From Syntrophobacteraceae bacterium (GTDB lineage: Bacteria; Desulfobacterota; Syntrophobacteria; Syntrophobacterales; Syntrophobacteraceae): a stretch of DNA of 64,000 bases. The notes beneath the pieces are model-generated. The model had not been told where the DNA came from. It was given only the letters and a program-made list of their open reading frames with translations, and ran no database searches. Shown here piece by piece: positions 53,630 to 63,727 of this stretch. The stretch covers positions 1,913 to 65,912 of the forward strand of contig JBKQTS010000037.1 of assembly GCA_052143075.1 (NCBI GenBank). Direction: 5' to 3'. A program made the translations under genes and the position numbers. Within the stretch, counting starts at the first letter, position 1, and each line of letters starts with the position of its first letter.

Positions 53630-55162
53630 TCAATTTGCTGTCAATCGAGTCCCAGACTCGTCTTCCTCGCCCCATGCGAACTTAAGGCTACTTTCCCCAC
53701 CGTGCTTCCATTCAAGGATTAACTCCCCACTGCGGTAGTCTATTGTGATTCCCTTGAGAAGCTGGCGCATGACGGCGTTCAACTTGGCTTTATCGAGGGG
53801 TGTTCCCTTACAGGTCTCCTGCATCCTCTCAATGTTCAAGTCGGTCAGTCTCTCTCTGCGTAATGCTATCTCAGGCATCATGGCGTCCCGCTGGCGCTCC
53901 AGGTCTGCAATCTCAGCATCCAGGTCTTTAACCATTCTGGTCAGAACAGGATTGGGCTTTCCGTTTGCCAGCTTTTCTAGGATATCGATACGGGCATCCT
54001 GAGTAACATCTATTTGCATTGTGAGGCCATCCCATCCTTGGTCCAGGTGCTCAACCCCTATAGGGATTTTAAGGTAGTGAGCCTCTTTTACAAAGAACTG
54101 TTCCAGCATCTCATACCGGGTGGCCTTATATCTGCACCCTGCGCCCACCCTGGCTTTGGAGCAAGCCATGTAAGTGTAACCCCGTTTGCCCTTGTCAATA
54201 AGGCTCATGGTGGAACCACAGATGGGGCACTTTGCCAGCCCACCAAAGATGTTCCTTATGGGACTTCCGGCACTCCTGCCCCGAAGTGGTGCTTTACTTT
54301 GGGTCAGTGCTCGGACCTGCTGGTAAAGGTCTCTGTCAATGATGGCTGGGTAATAGTTCAATATAGGTGTTGTGGGCTTCTTGGTCTTCTTACCGTCTTC
54401 GTAGTCCATTATGTGAGGTATGAAGTCTCCCACCACAGTAGGACTGCTCAGGAGCAGCGAGATATAGGAGGAGTACCACATCTTGCCATGCCCAAAGTTA
54501 GGTATCCTGTCATGGTTCAGGGCTTTGACAATACTATGGATACCACAGCCAGTTGAAGCCATGTTAAAGACTCTGCGGACCACCTCTGCCCGTTCCTCTA
54601 CTACCTTGAAGGTGTTGGTTGCCTTGTCAAACTCAAGCCAAGCTGGGAGTCGTGCTAAAACAGCTTGCTCTGGCATCTGCGCCCGCTTCTTTGTCCATGC
54701 AGACTTGATCCTGTTGGACTTAACGACACTCTCCTGGTTGGCCCGCCACATGTTGAGGATAGAACCTACCATGTCAATGGGATTGGCGTTGAGGCTTTCC
54801 CTGCTGTATTCCTTATCATCCATCAGGGTGACAAGCGTGATACCACTGGTGATGATCTGAAGGAACAAAGACTGAGCATCAACAATGCAATCCCTGGTCA
54901 GCCGGTCCAGGTTCTCAACGAGGAGGTAGCTACCCTTTTCAACGTCTCCCCGTCTCAATGCCTCCAGGAATACACTGAGTGCTCCAGTGGCAGCATTCTG
55001 CCCACGGAAGCCAGAGACACCCAAATCTTCATAGGTCAGCTTGTCATCGAGTTCCAGGGCGTGCTCTTCAGCCCATTTCACGGCACCTTCAAACTGCCGC
55101 CTCTTACTGTCCCCTTTGATCTGATCGGGAGTCGAGAATCTGATGTACGAGTAGGCCTTCAT
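53630..55162 (-). CDS. Large serine recombinase (resolvase catalytic domain + recombinase domain + zinc-ribbon)
   Basis: MKAYSYIRFSTPDQIKGDSKRRQ carries the catalytic Ser in its YxRxST context. The zinc-ribbon is CPICGSTMSLIDKGKRGYTYMACSKARVGAGC, followed by a C-terminal coiled coil. AGGAGGG lies 5 nt upstream. Confidence 0.9.
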   Translation of the reverse strand: MKAYSYIRFSTPDQIKGDSKRRQFEGAVKWAEEHALELDDKLTYEDLGVSGFRGQNAATGALSVFLEALRRGDVEKGSYLLVENLDRLTRDCIVDAQSLFLQIITSGITLVTLMDDKEYSRESLNANPIDMVGSILNMWRANQESVVKSNRIKSAWTKKRAQMPEQAVLARLPAWLEFDKATNTFKVVEERAEVVRRVFNMASTGCGIHSIVKALNHDRIPNFGHGKMWYSSYISLLLSSPTVVGDFIPHIMDYEDGKKTKKPTTPILNYYPAIIDRDLYQQVRALTQSKAPLRGRSAGSPIRNIFGGLAKCPICGSTMSLIDKGKRGYTYMACSKARVGAGCRYKATRYEMLEQFFVKEAHYLKIPIGVEHLDQGWDGLTMQIDVTQDARIDILEKLANGKPNPVLTRMVKDLDAEIADLERQRDAMMPEIALRRERLTDLNIERMQETCKGTPLDKAKLNAVMRQLLKGITIDYRSGELILEWKHGGESSLKFAWGEEDESGTRLTAN

Positions 55163-55196
55163 TGATCCCTCCTGTGCTGCGGTGAGTGTGAATCAC

Positions 55197-56708
55197 TCAC
55201 GAGACAGGAGGCACAATAGCAGAGCTGGGGTCTTTAGTCCAGAACATCTTGCGGAAGTGATAGCCGTATATGGCCATGGAAATTACCTCACCGAAAGAGT
55301 TATGGTAATCGGCGATCGCCTTCCTCATGATCTTCCAGTAATAGATTTTGGATTTATGGTCGACAATCCCCAGGTACCAGAGTGAGCGGACAAAGGTCAG
55401 CAGGTCATTTTTTTCGAGGTAAGTCCTGGTCCTTGGGCGGTAGGCCCGAAGAAATGCAAGCATCCGGTTATAATACATTTCCGGAGAATAAACGGAGTTC
55501 ATAACCCAGCGGTAGCCCTCGATTATTTTTTCCCTGTCCATCATGGTGACGAAGTTCAGAGATCCGCCCGCATCCGTATTATCACCCGAAGATTTGAAGA
55601 GCATTCTTCCCTCGCTCTCCAGGCGCGAATGAAGCCGTGTGCCCGGGATCGCGGTAAGCAACCCGATCATTGCGGTCACGATTCCGTTTTTCTGGATGAA
55701 GTTTACCTGTCTCTGGAAAACGTCCGGCGGGTCGCTGTCAAAGCCGATTATGAACCCGCCCATGACCGCCAGGCCGTGCCTTTGTATCGTTGCAACCGAT
55801 TCAGAGAGGCTGCGTTTGAGATTCTGCGCCTTACCGCATTCTTTCAACCCCTCTTCGACTGGGGTCTCCAGGCCGAGAAACACCTTGTTGAACCCGGCCT
55901 GCACCATCAGGTTCATCAATTCAGTATCTTCCGCCAGATTTACGGAAGCTTCCGTTAAGAAGTTAAGGCGCCGAAACCGGCCTTTCTGCCAGGAGATTAT
56001 GGCTCTTAGAAGGCCTTTTACCTTCTGCTTGTTGCCGATGAAGTTATCATCGACAATAAAGACCGTTCCGCGCCAGCCACGGGAGTAGAGCGCCTCCAGT
56101 TCGGCCAGCATCTGTTCGTCCCGCTTGACCCTGGGTACCCGCCCATTCATGACGATCACGTCACAGAATTCGCAGTTGAAAGGACATCCCCTGGAGTACT
56201 GAATTGACATGGATACATAGTCGTTCATATTGATAAGGTCCCACAGGGGAACAGGGATACCTTCCAGAGAAGGGAAGTCTGAGGCCCGGTAAAACCTCTT
56301 TGGCCGTCCCGTTTCCAGGTCCCTTACGACTTCTGAAATTATCGACTCGGCTTCTCCCAGGACCATGTGGTCAATATCGGCGAAGTCGTCCGGATAAGCC
56401 CGGAAAAGGGGGCCGCCTCCGACCACCCTTACGCCAAGCGCGCGGCAATGGTCCACGACCTGCCGGGCTGAAATTTTCTGAGCGATCATGGCGCTTATGA
56501 AGACGTAATCCGCCCACAGCAGATCCTCATCACTGAGCGCCCTTACGTTTAGATCCACCAGCCTTTTTTCCCAGGAATCCGGGAGCATTGCGGCTACGGT
56601 CAAGGCCCCGAGAGGGGGAAAGGCCGCTTTTCTTCGCACAACTCTAAGAGCGTGTTTAAAGCTCCAGAAGGTTTCGGAAACCAGTGGATATACGAGAAGA
56701 ATCTTCAT
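55197..56708 (-). CDS. B12-binding-domain radical SAM protein (DUF4070-type C-terminus)
   Basis: MKILLVYPLVSETFWSFKHAL…PPLGALTVAAMLP is the B12-like domain. The radical SAM motif is YSRGCPFNCEFCD. Confidence 0.8.
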   Translation of the reverse strand: MKILLVYPLVSETFWSFKHALRVVRRKAAFPPLGALTVAAMLPDSWEKRLVDLNVRALSDEDLLWADYVFISAMIAQKISARQVVDHCRALGVRVVGGGPLFRAYPDDFADIDHMVLGEAESIISEVVRDLETGRPKRFYRASDFPSLEGIPVPLWDLINMNDYVSMSIQYSRGCPFNCEFCDVIVMNGRVPRVKRDEQMLAELEALYSRGWRGTVFIVDDNFIGNKQKVKGLLRAIISWQKGRFRRLNFLTEASVNLAEDTELMNLMVQAGFNKVFLGLETPVEEGLKECGKAQNLKRSLSESVATIQRHGLAVMGGFIIGFDSDPPDVFQRQVNFIQKNGIVTAMIGLLTAIPGTRLHSRLESEGRMLFKSSGDNTDAGGSLNFVTMMDREKIIEGYRWVMNSVYSPEMYYNRMLAFLRAYRPRTRTYLEKNDLLTFVRSLWYLGIVDHKSKIYYWKIMRKAIADYHNSFGEVISMAIYGYHFRKMFWTKDPSSAIVPPVS

Positions 56709-56911
56709 TTGAGTCCTCTATTCTGAAGGGAACTGCAAGTGGATCAGGTGACATTCATGGCTGGGAGTTTACAGCCTGCGTTCATGCAGGTCAACAGGAG
56801 ATCCGCTTGAGTCAAAGGTTACATTATACTGTCCCTTTATTGCTTTTTTGTGGACAATTCCGCACATTTTGGTTACTTGCCTAAAATATTTCAGCGTTCA
56901 AACTCCACGAT

Positions 56912-58192
56912 ATGGAGGAACTCAAACATATGGCTCTTGTTGTGCAGAAGTACGGCGGAACCTCGGTTGCCGATGCGCAACGAATTAATGCGGTGGCCGG
57001 ACGGGTCCTCGCGAGGAAGAAAGAGGGCGACCAGTTAGTTGTGGTCCTTTCGGCCCGAGCTGGTGAAACCGACCGGCTGATCAAGCTGGGGTGCGAGATT
57101 ACCGACTGTCCCGATCCGCGTGAGTTGGACGTTCTGCTTGCCACCGGCGAGCAGACCACTATAGCTCTGTTCTGCATTGCTGTAAAAGCCATGGGGTCCG
57201 AGGCCGTTTCCATGACCGGATACCAGGCCGGGATCATGACAGACGGCCGGTTCGGCGAGGCCCGCATAAGCTGGATACAGACCCAGCCCATCATCGAGAG
57301 TCTGCAGGAGGGCAAGATCGTAGTGGTGGCCGGGTTCCAGGGATATGACGATGACGGGAACATCACCACGCTGGGGCGCGGAGGGTCCGATACTACGGCG
57401 GTAGCGCTTGCTGCGGCTCTTCATGCCAGCGAATGCGAGATATACACGGACGTGGAAGGCGTGTTCACCGCAGATCCCAACATATGCTCCAAAGCGCGCA
57501 AGCTGGATAAAATAAGCTACGAAGAAATGCTTGAGATGGCCAGTATGGGGGCCAAGGTCCTCCATCATCGTTCGGTGGAATTCGGCATGAAGTACGATGT
57601 GCCCATCAGGGTGCTTTCCTCCTTCATCGACGGGCCGGGCACCCTTGTTACACGGGAGGATGAAATAATGGAAAAGATGGTGGTTTCCGGAATCACGTAC
57701 AACAAAAACGAAGGCCGGGTGACGATCACCAACGTCCCCGACCAGCCGGGAGTCGCCGCGAGGGTTTTCCAGCCCATCTCGGCCGCAAATATAAACGTTG
57801 ACCTCATTGTCCAGGGCGCAAGCGGTGTTCCGGGCAGGGCAAATATTTCATTTACGGTTCCAAAGACCTCTTACGATCAGACCCTTGACATACTGGGGTC
57901 ACTTGCGTCAGAACTGGGCGAATGCCAGGTAATGGGCGATCCGGGCATTGCCAAGGTTTCCGTCATCGGGCTTGGAATGAGGAGCAACAGCGGAGTGGCG
58001 GCCATGATGTTCGAAACGCTCTCCAGAGAAAACATCAATATCAAGATGATTGCCACCTCGGAGATAAAGATTTCCTGTATAATCGACGAAAAATATACCG
58101 AATTGGCCGTAAGAGTTTTGCATGACGCCTTCGATCTGGACAGGGAATTGCGAGGGGGCGGAAGCATTCAGATTCAGGAAGAAAAGCAATAG
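56912..58192 (+). CDS. lysC: Aspartate kinase
   Basis: MALVVQKYGGTSVADAQRINAVAGRV…, …TLGRGGSDTTAVALAAAL… and C-terminal ACT repeats. The start is ATG 56912 or ATG 56930. Confidence 0.9.
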   Translation: MEELKHMALVVQKYGGTSVADAQRINAVAGRVLARKKEGDQLVVVLSARAGETDRLIKLGCEITDCPDPRELDVLLATGEQTTIALFCIAVKAMGSEAVSMTGYQAGIMTDGRFGEARISWIQTQPIIESLQEGKIVVVAGFQGYDDDGNITTLGRGGSDTTAVALAAALHASECEIYTDVEGVFTADPNICSKARKLDKISYEEMLEMASMGAKVLHHRSVEFGMKYDVPIRVLSSFIDGPGTLVTREDEIMEKMVVSGITYNKNEGRVTITNVPDQPGVAARVFQPISAANINVDLIVQGASGVPGRANISFTVPKTSYDQTLDILGSLASELGECQVMGDPGIAKVSVIGLGMRSNSGVAAMMFETLSRENINIKMIATSEIKISCIIDEKYTELAVRVLHDAFDLDRELRGGGSIQIQEEKQ

Positions 58193-58374
58193 GCCGGGAA
58201 CATGCCTGTTCAATGCCCATGTCGCATGTCCCGGCAAGTGGCTCAACAGTTAACGGAAACGATTCCCTTCGAGCGTTGCCTCAGTTTTCAAACTTCTGCT
58301 GCCTCCTCCAGTCTCACGGCCACAATCAATTACGGGAATTGTAAAAATGTGCAAATTAATCGGGAGAATAGGCA

Positions 58375-59985
58375 ATGGAAGTGAAAATCTATGATACCAC
58401 GCTTCGTGACGGTACGCAGGCCGAGGATTTTTGCTTTTCGGCGGACGACAAGGTCCGCATAGCTCTCAAGCTCGATGATATCGGCATTCATTACATCGAG
58501 GGAGGCTGGCCCGGATCAAACCCGAAAGATGCGGAGTTTTTCCGGGAAATCCAGAACTATCACCTCAAGCAGGCCAAAATTGCCGCTTTCGGCTCAACTC
58601 ACCATCCGGGTTCTACCGCTGCTTCCGATCCCAACCTCAAGGCCCTGCTGGAAGCCAATACCGAATTGGTAACTATATTCGGAAAAAGCTGGACGGTGCA
58701 TGTAAAAGAAGCCCTGCACACAAGCTTAGAGCGCAACCTCGATCTCATTGCCGATAGCATTAAATTTCTGCGCCGGCAGGGAAAAACCGTCTTTTACGAC
58801 GCTGAACATTTCTTTGATGGTTTCTACGACGACCCGCAATACGCGCTGGCCACTGTTGGGAAGGCGATAGAGGCCGGAGCTGAGTGCGTGATCCTGTGCG
58901 ACACGAACGGAGGGTCCCTGCCCAGTCGAATCCGAAAGGGCATAGAAGCCTACAAGGAGAAATTCCCCGATATGCCATTCGGAATTCACGCGCACAATGA
59001 CTCGGACCTTGCTGTCGCAAACTCCCTGTCAGCCGTGGAGATGGGCGCTGTGCAGGTCCAGGGAACGATCAACGGGGTCGGGGAAAGATGTGGAAACGCA
59101 GACCTTTGCTCGATAATAGCCAACCTTTGCCTGAAAATGGGACTCGCCTGCCTTGGGCCGGAGAACCTTTCGAAATTGCGACAGGTGAGCCGCTTCATAC
59201 TGGAGCTGGCAAACATCCCGTCGAACCGCTATCAGCCGTTTATCGGCCGAAGCGCCTTTGCTCACAAAGGAGGCGTCCACATCAGCGCAGTCGAAAAAAA
59301 CCCGAAGACATACGAGCACATCGACCCCAGTCTTGTTGGCAACAAACGCAGAATTCTCGTTTCGGATCTTTCCGGGCGCGCCGCAGTTAAGCAGAAAGCC
59401 GAGGAATTCGGCCTGGAATTTTCGAAGAGCGACCCGGTGGCCATGCAGGTGCTCGAAGAGCTAAAGGACCTCGAAAACCAGGGGTTTCAGTTCGAGGCGG
59501 CGGATGCGAGTTTTGAGCTTCTTATCAACAGGACGATGGGTAAGAGCAAGAAATATTTCGACCTCGTCAGCTTCCGCGTAATCGACCAGAAGCAGAGCGA
59601 AAACAAGGACCCTGTAGCCGAGGCGACTATCCAGATCCGGGTGGGAGGCCAGCTCGAACATACCGCCGCCCTTGGCAACGGCCCGGTGAACGCCCTGGAC
59701 AAGGCTTTGCGAAAGTCTCTGGAAAAATTCTATCCCGAGCTGAAAAACATGGAACTAATCGACTATAAAGTGCGCGTCCTGCCAGGCTTTGCAGGTACCG
59801 GGTCAAAGGTGCGCGTGCTCATCGAATCCACTGACGGGCAAGACCAATGGGGGACGGTCGGCGTCTCCCACGACATCATCGAAGCAAGCTGGCAGGCCCT
59901 CGTGGACAGTATCAACTACAAGATGTACAAAGCAGAGAAAAACAGCGGCGCTAAGAAATCCGTAGAGAGAAAAAAAGAGCGCTGA
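58375..59985 (+). CDS. cimA: Citramalate synthase (LeuA-related, CimA type)
   Basis: [56 protein letters not shown] matches the remembered CimA N-terminus. HAHND is present, and the ~535-aa length includes a C-terminal regulatory domain. Confidence 0.8.
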   Translation: MEVKIYDTTLRDGTQAEDFCFSADDKVRIALKLDDIGIHYIEGGWPGSNPKDAEFFREIQNYHLKQAKIAAFGSTHHPGSTAASDPNLKALLEANTELVTIFGKSWTVHVKEALHTSLERNLDLIADSIKFLRRQGKTVFYDAEHFFDGFYDDPQYALATVGKAIEAGAECVILCDTNGGSLPSRIRKGIEAYKEKFPDMPFGIHAHNDSDLAVANSLSAVEMGAVQVQGTINGVGERCGNADLCSIIANLCLKMGLACLGPENLSKLRQVSRFILELANIPSNRYQPFIGRSAFAHKGGVHISAVEKNPKTYEHIDPSLVGNKRRILVSDLSGRAAVKQKAEEFGLEFSKSDPVAMQVLEELKDLENQGFQFEAADASFELLINRTMGKSKKYFDLVSFRVIDQKQSENKDPVAEATIQIRVGGQLEHTAALGNGPVNALDKALRKSLEKFYPELKNMELIDYKVRVLPGFAGTGSKVRVLIESTDGQDQWGTVGVSHDIIEASWQALVDSINYKMYKAEKNSGAKKSVERKKER

Positions 59986-59997
59986 ATGCGCCCGGCC

Positions 59998-61131
59998 TTA
60001 AAACTCTACAGGGCCGGCATACCCAGTCAACTCGACGTAGCCTTCTCCCGTCACGGCCCGGCCCTGCGCCCCGGAGCCCTCAGCTCTAACACTTCCTTCC
60101 CAGTAGGTTACGCGCGTGCTGCCGGGGGTTTCCATCTCCTGATCGGCCATATTGGGAAGAATTTTTATCCGCAGATCGAGTGGAATTACCTCCAGCAGCC
60201 ATAAAGCCGGATAGAGCGCCCCCGAATGGGGACTCTTCCAGGTGTCAAGAACGCTTACGCGAAATTCCTTGGAAGAAAGCCATGTGGGCTTTCCTTCCCT
60301 GTCCACGAATGTGCCGCTCGATACAGGGCTGTACCCGCCGGTTTTTTCGCGCATCAGATAGATCATTAGTTCGCTTCCGTCAGATAAGTTCAAGCTGAAC
60401 CAGTCCCAGCCGGCGAATCGGGGATCCAAAGGGGCGCTCTTGAATTCATGGTCCATCCACGCGGTCCCGTGCACCGGCCTTTCCCGCCCGCCAACGGTCA
60501 CGCTGCCGGCCGCTTCCAGACGGGAAATCGAGTAATAACAACCGGCCTCCCGGGGTCCGTCCAAATTGCTGCTCACGTCCGGCTCACCGTGCACAACGGG
60601 GTTTTTAAGAGGAACAAGATCGAGGGCGAACGAAAAATCGGCCGCTTTTGCCGAGACATGATGGAGTCCAGGCGCGATTACAGCCTCACAGCCGTTGACA
60701 AAGACCTCGAACCGGCCCTCCCTTTCCCTGGCGCCGGCAAGTTGCAGAGCGGCCCGCGACATCTTTTCAGAATGCGCGAATTCATTGGACGAAATATCTG
60801 AAATGGCGGCGTGGACAATAAACACCTGATCCGCGCGCCACGCTGACGGCGTTGCGGAGCTTACTTTCTCGTCTTGGACCGGGACTGCGCGAATCCGGAA
60901 AAAGGTGAGCTGAAAACCGTACCGGGCGCCGTCATCGGAGAGCAGATTGCCCGTGTAATACCACCACTCGACCCGGTGGTCCGGATGCGAAGCATGATCC
61001 AACGGAAACCTGAGGTTGCAGGGGCCGGAGACAGAGGGATAATCTGCGGCCGGAGAGGAAGTTTGCACCGGGCAAAAAGCAATAGTGGCCAGAAGAGCCA
61101 GGGTTAGAACTAAACTGAAGTTTTCCCGCAT
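59998..61131 (-). CDS. CrtC/AttH-like (hydroxyneurosporene-synthase family) lipocalin-like secreted protein
   Basis: Trimmed to ATG 61131, giving signal peptide MRENFSLVLTLALLATIAF. …HPDHRVEWWYYTGNL…FGFQLTFFR… is the family signature. Confidence 0.65.
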   Translation of the reverse strand: MRENFSLVLTLALLATIAFCPVQTSSPAADYPSVSGPCNLRFPLDHASHPDHRVEWWYYTGNLLSDDGARYGFQLTFFRIRAVPVQDEKVSSATPSAWRADQVFIVHAAISDISSNEFAHSEKMSRAALQLAGAREREGRFEVFVNGCEAVIAPGLHHVSAKAADFSFALDLVPLKNPVVHGEPDVSSNLDGPREAGCYYSISRLEAAGSVTVGGRERPVHGTAWMDHEFKSAPLDPRFAGWDWFSLNLSDGSELMIYLMREKTGGYSPVSSGTFVDREGKPTWLSSKEFRVSVLDTWKSPHSGALYPALWLLEVIPLDLRIKILPNMADQEMETPGSTRVTYWEGSVRAEGSGAQGRAVTGEGYVELTGYAGPVEF

Positions 61132-61192
61132 CGTTATCAAAGTGGAGAGGCGCTGCCCTTTACACTTAAAGCCTTGCCGGGGGGGTGGGAGA

Positions 61193-61396
61193 TTAGACCT
61201 TGCTCGCTGCGACCAACCGGGCGAAATGCTCGAATGAACGATCGTAGGTTCTTTCAGCATCCGTGGGAAAGCAGCATACCGGGAGTTGTCTGCTCTTCAG
61301 GTGGTACTCTATACACTCGCAGCACACACCCGACCTGGGGCATCCATTATAGGTGCACGCACATTTGCTGCTGTTTTTTTCTTTCCTGCATTCCAT
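61193..61396 (-). CDS. Cys-rich small protein (DUF6485-like), 67 aa
   Basis: MECRKEKNSSKCACTYNGCPRSGVCCECIEYHLKSRQLPVCCFPTDAERTYDRSFEHFARLV…. Its ATG overlaps the upstream gene's TGA (ATGA at 61394-61398). Confidence 0.55.
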   Translation of the reverse strand: MECRKEKNSSKCACTYNGCPRSGVCCECIEYHLKSRQLPVCCFPTDAERTYDRSFEHFARLVAASKV

Positions 61397-61593
61397 CAGT
61401 GGACCACAAGCTGATGATGGTTTGAACCGCCTTTGCCGCCCTTTATAAGAACTGCAGCCAGTACACAAAGGAGGACGGCTTCCCAGACAATAACTGCAGT
61501 CCAGCTTTCCGTCAGCCCATAAGTAATTCCGCCGCCAATAATCGCAGGAACTCCCGAAAGAACTATCATTCCAAAGCGCCATGCCCAGTTCAT
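61396..61593 (-). CDS. Small two-TM membrane protein, 65 aa
   Basis: MNWAWRFGMIVLSGVPAIIGGGITYGLTESWTAVIVWEAVLLCVLAAVLIKGG…. GGAG lies upstream, and it is translationally coupled to the Cys-rich ORF. Confidence 0.45.
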   Translation of the reverse strand: MNWAWRFGMIVLSGVPAIIGGGITYGLTESWTAVIVWEAVLLCVLAAVLIKGGKGGSNHHQLVVH

Positions 61594-61703
61594 TATGATC
61601 TCTCCAGAATGTGAATGCGAATGTGAAAGAGCGGTTTCTTGTCTTGTATTCCTAGCATAAGGACATCAATTTTTCAATATTATTGTATTCAGATCAGTCA
61701 GTC

Positions 61704-63104
61704 TCATGAACTGCTGCTGGAGCGCTTTCCGCATTCGATTCCGTACTTTTTGATCTTGTAGTGGATAGCCCTGCGGCTTATTCCCAGCAGATGAGCGGCT
61801 TCCTTCTGAACGAAGCCCGCCTGCTGTAAAGCCCGCAAAATCGCATTTCGTTCGCTTTCCTCTAGTGACAGCGCAGAAGTATCGCCTGCTGCAGCCGGGG
61901 ACTTGCGCGGTGCATCGGGGAGCCCTGAAAGGCTCAGGTCGCTTTTGTGCAGTATCCCATCTCTACACAGGACCACGCTGCCCTCCAAGGCATTTTTGAG
62001 TTCTCTCACATTCCCCGGCCAGGGATATTCGCAGAGCCATTTGATAGTTTCGGCGGGCAGCCTGACCTGCGGGAGGTTCTGGTTTTTACAGAAGTTTTCC
62101 ACAAACTGATGCGCAAGGACGGGTATATCCTCGCGCCGTTCCCGCAGGGGTGGAATCTTCAGGGTCACTACGCGAAGCCGGTAGTACAGGTCCTCGCGAA
62201 AATCCCCTGCGGCGACATCTTCGACGAGGTTGACGTTGGTTGCAGAAATTACCCGGCAGTTCACCGGGATTTCTTTAATATCTCCGATCTTTCTGATTTT
62301 CCTGTCTTCCAGGAACCTCAGGAGCCTCACCTGCATATCATGGGAAATATTTCCTATCTCATCGAGAAACAGGGTGCCTTTGTCAGCCGCCTCGATCAGT
62401 CCTTTTTTGTCCTTGATCGCGTGGGTAAAGGCGCCACGAACGTGCCCGAAAAGCTCACTCTCCAGCAATCCGCTCGGAGTGGAGCCGCAGTCCACAACAA
62501 TAAAGGGCTGCTCGCGCCGGGGACCTCGCTGGTGCAGAAGGCGCGCGACTCGCTCCTTGCCCACCCCGCTCTCGCCAAGGATCAATACGTTTACGTCGCT
62601 TCTGGCAATGCGGTCCACCAGGTCGTACAATTCGCGCATTGCCGGGCTTTTCCCGCCCCAGAGCGACTCGCTCAATGGAGGGAGCGTATCGACCGTGGGT
62701 TTTGGCGCGCTTTTTTTGAGCACCTCCTGGACTTTCGAGATCAACTCGCGTCCGTTGAAAGGTTTTGTCAGGTAGTCAATGGCCCCCGCTTTAAGAGCCT
62801 TTACCGCATCCGGGATTGTCCCATAGGCTGTAAGAAACATGACTGGAAGTCCAGGACGGACCTGCTGGGCGGCGGAAAACAGGTCCATGCCGCCCATACC
62901 CGGCATCTTTACGTCAGTTATCATCAGGTCTACCGGCCTGTTTTTGAGTAGCTCGAGGGCTTCTTCGCCTCCTGCAGCGGTCAGGACCCTGTAGTCGATC
63001 GAGGAAAGCCTGGCTTCCAGAACAGCCAGGATGTTCAGGTCATCATCTACTACAAGAATTATTGGTTTATTGGACAACTTCGTCTCCGAGATAGAGGAGA
63101 TCAC
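61704..63104 (-). CDS. NtrC-family sigma-54-dependent response regulator (REC-AAA+-HTH)
   Basis: REC domain: IILVVDDD…LMITDVKMPGMGG. AAA+ motifs: GESGVGKE, ESELFGHVRGAFTHA and WPGNVRELKN. HTH: AAHLLGISRRAIHYKIKKYGI. The GTG start overlaps the upstream stop (GTGA). Confidence 0.9.
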   Translation of the reverse strand: MISSISETKLSNKPIILVVDDDLNILAVLEARLSSIDYRVLTAAGGEEALELLKNRPVDLMITDVKMPGMGGMDLFSAAQQVRPGLPVMFLTAYGTIPDAVKALKAGAIDYLTKPFNGRELISKVQEVLKKSAPKPTVDTLPPLSESLWGGKSPAMRELYDLVDRIARSDVNVLILGESGVGKERVARLLHQRGPRREQPFIVVDCGSTPSGLLESELFGHVRGAFTHAIKDKKGLIEAADKGTLFLDEIGNISHDMQVRLLRFLEDRKIRKIGDIKEIPVNCRVISATNVNLVEDVAAGDFREDLYYRLRVVTLKIPPLRERREDIPVLAHQFVENFCKNQNLPQVRLPAETIKWLCEYPWPGNVRELKNALEGSVVLCRDGILHKSDLSLSGLPDAPRKSPAAAGDTSALSLEESERNAILRALQQAGFVQKEAAHLLGISRRAIHYKIKKYGIECGKRSSSSS

Positions 63105-63724
63105 GGGGTGGCTTCCTGCTTCTTCTCCTGATATTTGCGATGTATTTCCTCGAGAGATTCAAGCTGGTGACGCAGTCGCCGGATTTCACGCTCGCGAAGC
63201 TCCAGCTTGGACATAAGAGTCTGCATCTCCTTCTGTTTTGTCTGGAGAATCACCCTGGAATCTATCTCTCTGGCGGCCCGGCGGCCCTTGCTCTCCGTTA
63301 GACTTCCAACTGAGGTTTGGAGCCTGAGCAAAAAGGGAGTCATCATTCTCGGGTCCTCGCACCCTTGCAGGGATTTAACCTGTGAGCTCCATTTTTTCCA
63401 GCTTGATATAGCATCCGCGTATTCATCGGAGGTATCGGCGAGGACGAGCTTGACTGATGAAAGCCCAAAGAGGGCCTGGCGGCTGATTTCGGGGTCCTGC
63501 GTACTTTCGCTCAGTATCTCGAATCCGATTTTCGCCCTCTGGTAGTCGCTTGCGTTGAAGGCATTCACTGCGTCCTTGAGGGCTTCCCGCTCGACATCAC
63601 GCCGGATAGAATCAGAGCAGGCCGATTTTTCTTCGGCTGCCAACGAAAATGAAAAACTTCCGTAAATCAAAAGGAAAATGACAAGCCCAATAAATCTGCG
63701 CTGAATCCGCGTCTTCAGAACCAT
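63101..63724 (-). CDS. Hypothetical secreted protein with C-terminal coiled coil, embedded between kinase and regulator genes
   Basis: 207 aa with signal/TM FIGLVIFLLIYGSFSFSLAA. The C-terminus …KQKEMQTLMSKLELREREIRRLRHQLESLEEIHRKYQEKK is coiled-coil-like. No family recognised. Confidence 0.55.
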   Translation of the reverse strand: MVLKTRIQRRFIGLVIFLLIYGSFSFSLAAEEKSACSDSIRRDVEREALKDAVNAFNASDYQRAKIGFEILSESTQDPEISRQALFGLSSVKLVLADTSDEYADAISSWKKWSSQVKSLQGCEDPRMMTPFLLRLQTSVGSLTESKGRRAAREIDSRVILQTKQKEMQTLMSKLELREREIRRLRHQLESLEEIHRKYQEKKQEATP

Positions 63725-63727
63725 CGT

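Larger units (their letters stand above)
50900..55196. mobile_element. Putative small integrative element driven by a large serine recombinase (right end well defined, left end uncertain)
   Basis: The recombinase, ParB-like gene and Zn-finger-like gene form one minus-strand block, with a convergent Sel1 gene. By eye the block is AT-richer and uses different codons (AAG/GAG/CTT-rich) from flanking genes. The recombinase start lies 35 nt from the stop of the neighbouring radical SAM gene. Confidence 0.5.

Noticed and set aside
56709-56911. Expected lysine riboswitch or leader upstream of lysC
   Set aside because: I could not recognise the conserved L-box elements by eye. This remains unverified and needs cmscan.
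61947-62951. 334-aa plus-strand ORF
   Set aside because: It is antisense to the NtrC-family regulator. The same reasoning applies to other long shadow ORFs at 7133..7879, 15545..16165, 29569..30225, 30469..31188, 42603..43289, 43561..44196 and 52985..53722.
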